This document shows positions 10,201-21,886 of a stretch of DNA of 39,098 bases, piece after piece. This DNA comes from Catajapyx aquilonaris (taxonomy: Eukaryota): positions 62,001 through 101,098 of the forward strand of contig KZ538203.1 in assembly GCA_000934665.2 (NCBI GenBank), read 5' to 3'. The translations under genes were made by a program, and so were the position numbers. Within the stretch, counting starts at the first letter, position 1. Each line of letters opens with the position of its first letter. Below the pieces are notes generated by a model. It was not told where the DNA came from and did no database searches. It was given only the letters and a program-made list of their open reading frames with translations.

Positions 10201-12421
10201 CCAAAGGTTTGGTTCCTGGAAGCCAAAGACTGAGGCCAAGAGCTGCCATTAGTGATTAGTGGACAAGAATCCAAGAGATGAGACCTCAAGGGTAGCACAA
10301 AAAGAAAAACAATTTTAAGTAAGTTCAGAAGTGACCATACATTGATTAACATTTGTTTGCGAGTCGTCTAATGTATACTATGGGATGTACACATTACTAC
10401 TTTTGATTTCCTCAACTTCATTTATCTTGAGTGTTTGGCTTAATTGCTGTGCCATAGATGTTTCTCATCTGCGGCTGAATTTGGATGGTTACCTAGTTTT
10501 GGCGGCTTCAACAGTCTGCTTTTTTTTCCTGTATGGTTTTCCCCTTGTTCCCTCCCCAAACCCAACTCAATAAATGTACATGTGTATTCATATCAGTGCC
10601 ATTCCTTGTTGTTAAGTGTTAAGCGCTGCCACCTGTTTGCTCTACATTCACCTTCGTGTTGATTAATTTTAATCACCTGGCCGGCACCTGAAAACCTATT
10701 ACCAAGCGTGATTGTGTATGTGTGTGTGAGAATGAGAATATGTGGAAGGATCACATCCTTATAATGTATCTTTCTTCACAACTGTAGACATTGTCTTCCC
10801 TTCAAGTGATGTCAACGTGCTGCAGTGCATGAATATCAGCGTAACTTATTGTTTTTATTTGGGAGCTTATTGTGTATTAGGCTTTAATGTGGGGTTCCTG
10901 TACAGTACAGCATTTGAAGTGTACTAACAACACCTTTTCTTTCTTGATGTGTAAGTGTACTAACATATTGCATTGATGTCATTGTTCACCCTTCCAAAAC
11001 ACCTGCAATGCTAACCTGTAGAAGAAAATCATGATCATGGTCTGCCTCACAGTCTTGGGAATTGTTTTGGCCTCAACAATTGGAGGTTACCTCGGGTTAT
11101 TTTAAGTAAGTTCAGCAGCAACCACATCGTGATTGACATTTGCTTTAAATTATAGTGTAGATCAGCTATCTAAAAAATCATGATAAATTTTTATCAGCAT
11201 GATCTGCCTTTTTTTTCTGGTGGGTTTGAATACTGCATGTCGTTTATCCCACCTAAGCCCAATAAATTTAATAAGTTGAAGGGCTCTCAGTTAATTGGGA
11301 TTTGCTAATTAACATGGTGAGTGATAATACTTTTCATGATGTTCTGAAGAGTTGGTAAAAATTTTTGATCGCACAGATACAGAATTAATCCGACTATCCC
11401 TGCTAGTTTCGCTTGTATAATTATGCTTTCTAAAATATAATGCTTCCTGTATTTATTGTGCACAATGAGATGCTTTCTTTGTGCCTGGATTGGACCCATT
11501 TTTATGGATTGGGGTCTGCTTGTTTGCATGAATATGTCGTGTATATCTCTTCTCCAGTAATTCGATATGGAATCATGAGTGTTAAAGCATGCGCAATGTT
11601 GTCGTGTAATAGCCCTTGTCACTCGTTGTGCTCTGATCTTCATGTGAGGACTAATGTTTTTCTACTTTCACTACCATTACCTACTTTACCTCCTTTTATC
11701 AAAGAATGTGTAACCAGACCATGCGTGAATGTGCGAGAGAAAGAGAAAATTATGAATGGATTGACCCATTCAGGCTGCATGTGTTTAGACATTTATAGCG
11801 TATATTTAAGGTGGTATAAAAATGTCACAAAATAAGCATATGGATGACCTCTTGCCACAAGAAGAAAATGTGACAGTTTCTAACCAGTGCTTTCAAGCAC
11901 TGGATATTCTGGTATTGCGTAGGCACCAATTTATTTAACACCACAAGAAGTTAATAAAGCGATAAATTTTAAGTGGATCATTATACTTGATGCCTGAACT
12001 GCCAGTTACCTTGAGGGAAATTATCAAAACAATTTCATCTTTTGGTAGATTTGTGACATTTTTATTCACCCTAAGAAATTAATAAGTTTATTGTAGATTT
12101 TGCCTTTTTTTTTAACCAAGTTACTTGAACTTCAAGCAATGCATGTTCGACTTTTTTCTACTCTGATCCTTTCTTTATTGATAGTGTAGCCTGGATTAGT
12201 AGGATTTTAGATTCATGAAGAATACAGTTTTGAAACATATACTAACAAAACTGCTTCTTTGAAATGTGATGTATGATTAACCTTACTAACATACTGTATT
12301 GGTGTTGCTGTCCTCCAAAACCTGCAATGCTAACCTGTAGAAGAAAATCATGATCATGGTCTGCCTCGCAGTCTTGGGAGTTGTTTTGGCCTCAACAATC
12401 GGGGGTTACTTCGGGTTGTGA
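1299..12421 (+). CDS. Syx1A: Syntaxin-1A (plasma-membrane Qa-SNARE), 5'-partial, alternatively spliced. Constitutive exons 1299-1373, 1451-1633, 1708-1781, 1860-1997; then exon A 3270-3380 or exon B 3953-4063; then one TM exon (6485-6571, 6855-6932, 11022-11105 or 12341-12421)
   Basis: The spliced translation [165 protein letters not shown]...YQSKARR-KKIM... matches the syntaxin-1 Habc/SNARE/TM architecture. All junctions are GT-AG with consistent phase. The N-terminal exons lie upstream of the window. Confidence 0.97.
3270..3380 (+). CDS. Syx1A: Syntaxin alternative exon A, C-terminal half of SNARE motif: [37 protein letters not shown]
   Basis: 111 nt, phase 0/0, acceptor ...ggctgccag, donor gtaagt. 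The peptide resembles the canonical insect Syx1A sequence. Confidence 0.95.
3953..4063 (+). CDS. Syx1A: Syntaxin alternative exon B, duplicate of exon [38 protein letters not shown]
   Basis: Same length (111 nt) and phase as exon A, acceptor ...tacacag, donor gtaagt, open frame, 26/37 aa identical to exon A. Confidence 0.9.
4900..5082. mobile_element. Palindromic MITE, PIF/Harbinger (Tourist)-like, intronic
   Basis: 183-bp element that is almost entirely an inverted repeat (AGGCCCATTCACACAGGCCGTCGAC ... GTCGACGGCCTGTGTGAATGGGCCT), flanked by TAA at 4897-4899 and 5083-5085, the 3-bp TSD typical of Harbinger. Confidence 0.8.
6485..6571 (+). CDS. Syx1A: Syntaxin alternative TM exon T1: [28 protein letters not shown]
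   Basis: Polypyrimidine acceptor ttttctacttgcag, phase 0, starts KKI like syntaxin TM exons, hydrophobic helix, then stop. Confidence 0.85.
   Translation, partial: KKILLILCLVIVLAIIAVVVAVKCANGC
6855..6932 (+). CDS. Syx1A: Syntaxin alternative TM exon T2: [25 protein letters not shown]
   Basis: Strong acceptor cttttctttccacag, phase 0, KKI plus hydrophobic helix plus stop. Confidence 0.88.
   Translation, partial: KKIIIIICVLILAIVIVLALAFGLS
7771..7874. repeat. Near-perfect inverted repeat (two 51-nt arms, 2-nt spacer)
   Basis: Arm 7771-7821 is the reverse complement of 7824-7874 with only 3 differences. Confidence 0.92.
11022..11105 (+). CDS. Syx1A: Syntaxin alternative TM exon T3: [27 protein letters not shown]
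   Basis: Acceptor ctaacctgtag, phase 0. The peptide resembles the syntaxin-1 type TM (KKIMI..C..VLGIV.AST.GG). Confidence 0.92.
   Translation, partial: KKIMIMVCLTVLGIVLASTIGGYLGLF
12341..12421 (+). CDS. Syx1A: Syntaxin alternative TM exon T4: [26 protein letters not shown]
   Basis: Close duplicate of T3, including the upstream acceptor region (cctgcaatgctaacctgtag). Open frame to stop. Confidence 0.92.
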   Translation, partial: KKIMIMVCLAVLGVVLASTIGGYFGL

Positions 12422-14375
12422 GTCGACAACTATTTTTCTCCTGGATTCAGGTGCAGTGTCTCTGCTTTGTCTGCATGCATGTAGAGGTCAACATTTGACC
12501 ATGTCACTTTATAATTATCATATTATTATTCCAAAGTAAGGATTGTTTCTAGAAAAAAAAAGTTGGCAAAGTTTTACCCAAAAACTAATATAACCGCATG
12601 ATAGCACAGATCTCTAGCTACTAATTGACACAAACATGCTGTAGTATTAATCAGCATATACAGGGTCATCGAAAATGAACGCCTGGATTTTTAAATCCTA
12701 TTACTCGACCACTTGTGAACATATTTAAACGATTTAAGTTTTGAAATGCCAAGAAATGTTTGAAGTTTTGCTCTTACCTTAGTTTGTTTCAATATGGACT
12801 CCACAAAGAGGTAGATGTCTGTGGCTCCAACCACTACACTGCTGTGCCTTCAATTGGCTTACACAACTGCTTTGATCAACATGATGTTAGTGTGGAGCAG
12901 AAGATAAAGATCAGTGTAATAATGTGGCTATGTTGACATTTGAGGAAAAAGAATTCAAAAATTTTAAGTGGTCAAACAGTACTTACTATTGGAATGTGGT
13001 AATATAATTATTATCATACAAATCATGAATGGCAAAACAGGGAAAGGTGGAACAAGTAACAGGTTCTACAACAAAGTCTTAATATTGAAGTAATGTTGAG
13101 ATATGGCTGTAATGTCACGGGACACCAGTTAAAGGCAAAGTGGTCCGCAACTGGTAGTCTGTGCACTTGTGCTGAGATATACTTCGGGTAGATAGGTTTA
13201 TGAGTTTTAGTTTATTTAGTTTTAGAATACTCAACTTTCCCTGATTTGCACACATTTATGGTAAATAAGCTGACAAGATATTACTTCAGAATATGATAAT
13301 TCTAATATTTCTTGTGCATTAATTTTTACTATGTGCACTATAGTGAGCACAAAGACTTAGACAACTGGTTGCAGGTATGTCTTGTTTTACTGGATGAGCC
13401 AAGGTAACTAAGGCCGTCAGGCATAAGTGGTGTTCAGGTGCGACATTGGCTCCCACCTGCTGCTGATATTTTTTGATGTACCATCCTTGTGACTATCTTT
13501 TTGCTCATTATAGTACACTTTTAGGAAACTGGAATATTAAAATTTAAATGCATTTTTATTTTCCATGTGCTCTCCAACTGCATGATTACAAGTGTTGAAA
13601 AAAATTTGACACAGCTTCCAAAACAATTTATTGAATTAGCATGGTTTAAGTTCTTACTAGAAACTAAAGTAGCTGCATGCCCACATAGTCTCTCTGGTTT
13701 TCGCAGAGTGTGTTACAAAAACTAACTATGCTTTTCTCCTTCCAGTTTATGTACTTATTACAAGATATCACTGGACTTATTACCTCCTGTGGTTTTCTTA
13801 GTGTCCATGAAGCAGCCAAGCCTATTTCATCACATCAGTAGCTAGGGGAAAATAATTATAAGAAAAAATATGGGCTTTTAGCCCTTGTATCAAAGGGCTG
13901 TGTCCAGCAGTTTCTTGCTTATTTATCTCATCATCATCAAGGCAGACTTGGTTGCAAGCCTACCAGCAAGAAAGAAAATAACACACACAAAAAAAAATTG
14001 TTTGGCCAACTGTCGCATTGCAATAGTCATTTGACCCCAAATGTGTCTGCTAACATAGAAAATGATTTTGTAGCCTTGGACTCATAAATTTGGTGTTCAT
14101 TGCGGTGAGAATCTATACTTATTAAGTTCCAACATGCCAGGAATTGGATAATACTCTTTCATGAGGTGCAGTTATTCATTGTGTGTATGAGCAGAAGGTA
14201 CATAAATATAAATATTATATATAATATACATATACATAGGTGTCTACCTTTAAGTTGTTTCCAACATCATGAACCATGTAAATTTTATTATATGTATTAT
14301 AATGTGCAGTCCTATTGTATGTGATAAGAAAAAAATGAAGTAGGTTTATTTTAGTGGTGGTGTTGGGGACTATTG

Positions 14376-14399
14376 TGCGTGTGTGTGTGTGTGTGTGTG
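14376..14399. repeat. (GT)n microsatellite
   Basis: gtgcgtgtgtgtgtgtgtgtgtgtg seen directly. Confidence 0.85.
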
Positions 14400-17300
14400 A
14401 ATAACTCAGCTTTAAAACAGCTTCTTTGAAAATGCAATTTCAAACTTTTTCCACAAAAAGGATATGTATTGGTCTTAGTAACCAGAGCTGACTAAAATGG
14501 CTTGAAGTGTGGGAAAAGAACTCCCAACCTTCTCAACATGTCCAGTTTGGGGGGGGNNNNNNNNNGGGGGGGGGAGAGACCTTCAATATCATTTGACTTA
14601 TGGCCACAATATTCTAGTCACCATCATGCCAAAGTGGTAACTGGACTGTTGACAATGGAACATTAGAAAATCGAAGTTTGAAATTTTAATGCAATATGTA
14701 AACTAGTGTAATATGCTAATGTGGTCATCTAATGTTCCAAGCTGTTGTAAAGAATTCATATTTTAAGGATCCAATGTACTCACTTGTAGAGACTTGAATG
14801 TAAGCTTTCTCTAGTCATTGGCAAGCATATCTGAAGAAGAAAAAAAAAACTACTGAGGAGGATTGCTGTCACAATAATTTTCCATTCTGCAAGTGAGTAG
14901 TGGATTTACACTATTATGTGTGTGGTCATGCAGCATGTATGTGGTGAAAGAATTTTTGTAGGATTGAGAGGAAAGGTGCAGATTTTTTCCCCCACCACTC
15001 CTCGAGCAAAAAAGAAAAAAGAAAAAAAAATGCAATTGTTTGTTTAGTTTGAATGTTGCAAAGCTGTAGGAGGAATTTGGGTGTTGCATTCTAATCCGTA
15101 GCAATAACAAATTATACATATGTTAGAGTCAAGGTTGACATTAAAAGACAGACAAAAATGCTGTAGAGTTGCACATTGAATTCTCTTTTGTTATTGTTTG
15201 AACCGTTAAGAGATTGTTATTACTAGACATACGCGTTGTATGTATAAATACCTACGTCTTGGATAACTTTGTACTGTTAGGGGGATCATGAAGTACTGTA
15301 GATATTTATTCTCCTGAACCTGTCTTTCAGTTAGGCTACAAGTGTATAAATCATCCCAGCCCTTGTGCAACTTATGCATAGAAATGCCTCTTCATGTCGT
15401 TCATAACCTGCAGTATATAACGGGGGATTTGCAAAAGGGGATGAAGTGCACTGCATTTCCAAACAAAAGGGATAATAAACAGGAGACAATCTGCTTGGAA
15501 ATTCAGTTTGGGCATGAAATATAGCCTCCACAGTTTACTGTGCTGAAACGACCAATTTTAGGATCATCGAACTTATGCAAATCTTCCAAGTGTCAGAACA
15601 TGGCCCCCTTCTCCCAAGTCGTTGTGTGATTAAAAAATGAAAAAGCGAAAAAAATATACATTGCTACAAGTGACATTGTTTCATGTTATCAATTGTCACT
15701 AATCAGATAAGTATAATAATATATACAGTATATGCTAGGCACGTGTTGGTTGCTTGGTCAATTTTGAAAGAAGATTAAAAAGTGCGCTTTCGTTACCATT
15801 GGGAACTCATAGTGAGCATTGCCCCGAGTGCTTTTACTGTGGACTGTTGCATTACAACTTTCTTCATGTATTGAGGAAGTATTAGAAGAAAAAGTTCTGA
15901 AGAGAAGGGAAACGGATCAGAAGAAACAGAAGAGTCCAGGAGTCGAGAGGATAACTACTGCACGAATAATTATGGTGTCCTATACTTTTTGTCTTTTACC
16001 AGTTGGATTATAGATATGTAGTGAGAACTGTTGTACACCAGGCATCCACTTTTAGCCCATCCCCCCCCAAAGAATTTTTGAGTCTTGGTGTTGTTGAAAA
16101 AAAAATAAGACAGAGACAACTTATACTCCATAGTGCTTGAAACATTGCAGGCATGTGCCCGGAGCACTTCTGATATCTAAGATGGAAATAAAAAAGGAAG
16201 GAAAATCCGTATCTAAACCGATAGGAAGTGGTTAGCGCCTGAGTGCAGCTTGAGATACGCACGTTTTTGGGCGCATCTTCTTGTATCACTCTCACCTGTA
16301 ATTAAGCCGGTTTCCCAAATCTAGGTGAGGGTGAGGTAACAAATTACAGTGAATGAATTTTTGAGAAAAATAATAAAACAAAAAAAAATATATACATAAA
16401 TTTTCTCTCACTGCACTGCTCTAGTTCTCAGTGGTCAATGCGTGGGCTTTTTGTAAAGTTTGTTGGAAAAACTGCCAAGAGATTTGTGATGTTAGGATGC
16501 ACATATTCCACATGGGTTTGTATAAAGACAAATCTCCAGTAGCAGATAACTGAACTAAATAAGCACAATTCACATCCAAGTCTTTGTTGTTTAATACACA
16601 ATAGTTTTTCAGTGCTTATTAGCACAATCTGGGAAGGATTAACCAAATGAAAAGAGTGGAAGATTTTGTACACGGTTTTGTTATGTGTAATAATTTTTCA
16701 TTTGCTAGAGGTGCAGGATTCCCACTAAAACCTTGGCAATTCCAATACTGTAAACAATGAAGCAGTAAAAAGTGAAATTGATGTTCGCCTACTTGGAAGA
16801 GCAAAGGGAACTTGGCAGAGTTTTTATAATTAATGAAACTCTTGAATCGTCTTATGTGTGTAACAAAGTATATAAGTGTGAGCACAAGCCTTCAGAAAAA
16901 AATAAATAAAAATAAATAAGTGGGTTTGGGAAGCAGTGCCCAAGTCCACTTTGTTACCAGATTGAATCACGACGGGAGGTGTGAAAAAGATTGAGATAAA
17001 AACAAAAATGGTGTAGAAAAGGGGCCAATCTGAAGGTCTGGCCAATCACTGAGACCCAGAGTCAGTTTAGCAGCAGTATCACCATGCAATAATGATGATA
17101 ATAAATAGTGATATGTGTGCTATTAAATAAGGGAACAGCGTGCACTAGTTGAAAATTAAATTGGTGCACTGAGAAACAACAGAGGTCGATGACAATATTT
17201 TATTGGTTCAACATGCTTTAGTAAATGTTGAGGCTTTGTAAATCCAGATTGTGTGCATTTTTTAATACTTGAGTGGCCTTGAAATATTTTTTCCCCCATT

Positions 17301-20057
17301 TAATTGAGCCAAAAAATTATGCAAGAATAATACCAGTAATAATAATAATAATAATTTCATTTTTTCTCCCAAAGGATGTAATACACCAAAGGACAGATTG
17401 CATTTTACACTGTGTGGTTATTGGAGATGGCAAATAATTTTTAAAAGACATAGTCAGCAAATATGTGGCAACAAAAGATGGAATTTTTGAAGGAATTGCA
17501 TGGTTATTTTCGAAAGTCAATATTGAACCTCCATGCTTCCAAATGAGTGGCCACGATATTTTTAACTAGTGTACCATTTGTCTTTACAATCACCAATGAC
17601 TTTTTCACTGCATTTAAAAGAGTACAACCATGGGGTGCGTGAGAGAGCGTGAGAGTGTGAGAGAGTCACGTGTTTTTTGAATTTTGAACAAACAAAGACG
17701 TATGCAAAGCAGCACAAGTTTTATCTGTTAATTTCTCGATTATTGTAATTTGTTTTTGTGTAAGGGCAGGGGTCACCTCAACTGCTGAAACAAAAGTAAA
17801 TTGTTGTGGTTCGCTTTCTGGGACTCTATGATTGGTTGGGCCACAGAGTAGAACCCCAATCTCACTCAATGCGTTGTGATCACTTTTAGCAAGAAAAAAC
17901 TAAAAAAAGCAATGTTGGTGTTCCTTGTATAGTGAGAGGGAAGGCAGTAAAGGCAAAAGACCTTAATTGTTTTGTTGGTCTGGCATGGAAACTAAAAATG
18001 CGTAAATCCCTTCAACTGCCTCTTCCTTCCATGACGCGCACTAGTCTAGCTGTATAATACAGTAGTAGCAAAAGCGCATGGACTGTGTGCTGCTAGACCA
18101 ATAATAACACTGTGTTTGTTTCAATAATAATGTAATAATAATGATAATAAAAGTGCAGCTTTTTTGCTGTAGAACATGTGTGCATTGTGGAAGGAAGGCC
18201 AGCTGGCAGTATCATGTGGCAGGGATTGAAACTTGCAAAAATAATTTTAACTCTACGTGAGAATCATTCCAGTCGTGTACAGTTTTATCTCTTTAAAAAC
18301 CCCAACAAGTATGGAGTAATAAAACGAACGTAATGGGAAAATACGCCTTTTATTGCATACTTTGCTTCGTCACAAGGGTGTCTTTTGCACATAGAACATT
18401 GCTTCAGTTTACAATGTACAGTACACGACATTTAGGTATAATTTGAAACATTGCACAGATAAAGGGAGAATACAAGATGTGTTTTGTATATTCAACTCCA
18501 GTTTTGCACCTGTACCTTTTTTTTTTTGGCCTATGCTGTGGTGTTTTTATGCACTGTGCTCACAATACATTTCTCTTTGTGGGTAACTAGAATTTTTAAC
18601 TACATGGTTCACATTATTATAAATATATTATACTTTTTTTGTTCTTGCAAAGGGCCTAATGTCTCAATTTTTTGAATAGATCGCCCCCCAAAAAATCCCA
18701 GGAAGCAAAAAAATAAATAAAGTGGAGTTTTACGCCTTCCATGTGACAATACTACATAACTCAGGATTTTTCTGTGTGTAATTAATATTTCACTCTCGTG
18801 TCTCATAAAAACAGCTTTATAATGCACCTTATTGTTGTTTTTCTTCGACCAGTCACGTTTCTGATTAATTGCAGTATTCTACAATAGACATTTGGTTTAC
18901 CAACACAACATTATCATAATAATCACATTTCGGTCATTTATTTGGTTTTCATATGTTGCAGTCTTTCATTTGCAACATAATTTTTTGAAATAACACACCA
19001 GCATGTATTCAGTTTTTGAAAGTTTCTTTGTGACCACATCCCGTTTTGGACAGTTACATGTGAGCCATCTGGCACCAGTCTGCAAGAGATGGCTAGTTTC
19101 GTCACCTTTTCTGCAGTGTCTGTTGATAGTTAGTACTGGATAGTTGTTCTGGCTAGTTGAAGTTAACATGGAGCAGATGAAGATAGAAAGAAGGCCCAAA
19201 GACCTTTCTGGCTTGGGTTACCCTACCAGTAGAGGAACCAGGTCTGATACATCTCTTGAGGTCACAAGTAACACAAGCCTCCCCCCACTGCAAGGTGGAG
19301 ATACCATGGGGGTGATGAAAGGGGAAACATCAAGCAGCAGTCATGGACAATGCATTGATAAAATCAGGTGTGAGCATTTAATGTACGAGTCAGATGTGAG
19401 GCAACCTTGCATAAGTTCTCAATTTATCATATGAATGCATGTTAGGTGGCATTTTGATGGGACAGCCTGGGAAAGTGTGTTTAAAAAAAAAATCATAGCA
19501 TAATGGGAAAATAACTGAGCATTTATTTTATAGCACGTATCTTCTTTCATTTCATGCATACAGAGAGCAAGACAATATCATTATTCAAATATTGCACAGA
19601 CAAAGAAATCGGAGACTACTCTTACTCGGTAGAATGATATCCCAGTTTTGTACAAGTTTTCTCCTTACACGGCATTCCTTTTCTTACAGAGTAGGTGACT
19701 AGCATAAATAATAACATTAATTTAAAATCAGTAAGAATTATTTGATACCACTTTGTCATAAGTGCTTCAATATTCTTTGGGACATCAATTTTGAGGGATT
19801 TTTTTACAATCTTTCCCAGTAAATCAAATTGTACATCCACAATGCAACAGTAGAAGGGCTGTAACAATCAGCAGTATAAAGGCTATAAATGCAAAAGGCA
19901 ATAATACTATTAATAAATTATGAACAATTCGATACATCAAAGCCTCCACAGCACCTGTTTGTTGTAGTCAGGTTTACCGTTGGCATGTTCATTGGAAACA
20001 TGTACTCAGAAAACATTCTTTACAAATTTTACTCGTTAAATGAGACTTTACTCAGAT

Positions 20058-21886
20058 TTATGATGAGTGGGATGGGCATATGAAGCTGTCCATAAAGTCT
20101 GATCCTGGAGGTGGCTTTGCCAGTTTCAGAAGGCCTGAATCATATTGACCTTCCTTAGCATACCTTCCTTCAGGTCCTTTCAGTGCATGTGAAGTTATAA
20201 AATCGGTCACTGCTTCTGTGTCCACTGTAGACATCAAGAGGCGGCATCCCCAAGCAACCAGAGCCAGAGGCTGCAAATATTTAACATCTATGCTATACCA
20301 TTTGGTTCATTCCTCTTTCAAAATAATAATTTTAAAAAATGGTTTTATAAATGTAAGGACTTGAGTCGATATCATTAACAATCATAAAACATGCCTTTGA
20401 TAGTTATGCATATTGAAATATAGTGATGACTAACCCTCTCAGATGTCAGAAGTGTGTAGGGAGTGATGATATGTTTGCGGATGCAGCTTCGGATTACTTT
20501 GCTTAGGCGGCGTATCTCAAGTGGATGGGCACAGGGATGATACAGCATAACTATGGCACCATGCTGCAACATACAAATGTGTCGCTCACAGTGAATAATG
20601 AAGCACAACCAGAATGATTCTAAAAATTTCTCCTTACTTCAATGTTGTGTAACCAGCGTTGCACTGGGACGAATTTGTATTCCCCAAATTTTGGCCACAG
20701 AGGTCGGTGATCACCACTGTAAAAAGTCGTTGCCATTTACCAATTTGCTCACATATCAAGAAGCAATGACTTACTGTGTTGGGACGGCATCCTTATATGA
20801 GATGCTTTGGTTCATGCAGAAGTGAAGTGGCTGCAATATAGTGACAAAGTAACACATGCTGTATAAAAGTGTGTGGATTCTAGACACTTACAATGTAGTC
20901 TTTTGGCAGATGTTCACACTCCAGACTCGGTTCTAAGTCAGGTCTAACACGGTATGGTCTGGGTGAGTAGCAAGTGTAGTTGACAGGTGACATGTCCCAA
21001 TCCATAGTTAAATTTGTCTGAAAAATAGGTACACAATGTAAGTAATTCAATGATGTACTTCCACTACGCATTTATGGTAATATACCTTGGCGTCGTCACA
21101 ATGAGGACTAGAAACTCCCATCTTGATTCCATGTTTTGCATCTTTTAAATTCTCATGCGCTGTGTGTGCATCCTCCGGAAACCACTTGCCAGTCCACGAC
21201 TTCTCTGGATCGGAGAATGGTGACTGCCGCCTGTGCATGCAAAGTGGTTGTAAACTCAATGTTAAATGAACTTAAAATGCGCATGGGCTATTATGCCTTG
21301 GCTTCCGAACCATATTTTCAACCCATTCTATGCAAATCATTGCTGAATTTTGTTACAGTTCCCCCTTGCATATTACCATACTTCGAATTTGACGTACGCA
21401 GCAATTCTGGTTGTCTCAAGAAGCCCATCACCAAGGCACAGGGACTTATTCCGTGACACATACTATTATTACCTAAAAAGAAAGCCGAGAATTTTACATT
21501 CTACAGGCAACAGCCATGCCATGGTTATCAATAAGCTAAAAATAGTCCATCCTGTTCTAGCAAGTAGCACATATGGCACAATGCAAGCAATAAAAATGAG
21601 CTCAAATTTTTCTCTCTCTTCTACCGTACCAGCATAAGAACTCCCATAAGAATGAGCTACTTGTTCTGCTTGAGTGAACAACCCCACCGACTTGCCTGTG
21701 CAAAATCCTGCTATTGATGTGGTCCTCTAGTGAAACCGGCGCTTCATCCAGATCATTAGGGGTTACAGAGGGGTCCTCCAGTATGTATCGGTCATACATA
21801 TCATCCACGCTTGGCCTGTCATCCTCCCAGCGGCAAAACGCAAGCTCCAGCATCAAAGCAAATGTCAAACTTTGTACAACCCACAT
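20058..21886 (-). CDS. DUF3105-domain protein with predicted signal peptide, TP53I13-like, about 312 aa. Exons 21886-21696, 21230-21086, 21017-20892, 20830-20775, 20716-20638, 20563-20435, 20270-20058
   Basis: The exons sum to 939 nt in one open frame. Hydrophobic N-terminus [18 protein letters not shown]. Motifs [41 protein letters not shown] and [11 protein letters not shown] match my recollection of DUF3105/TP53I13-family motifs (PTSG.H, HNLEHGA, ALVAWG). Intron 1 has a GC donor. Confidence 0.85.

Noticed and set aside
12659..12800. TA-CAGGGT... start resembling a Tc1/mariner TIR
   Set aside because: No matching opposite TIR or transposase was found, so it is too weak to list.
15819..16013. 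64-aa ORF with a hydrophobic start and a Lys/Glu-rich stretch
   Set aside because: Starts at TTG, has no homology and is explained by a purine-rich tract in presumed UTR.
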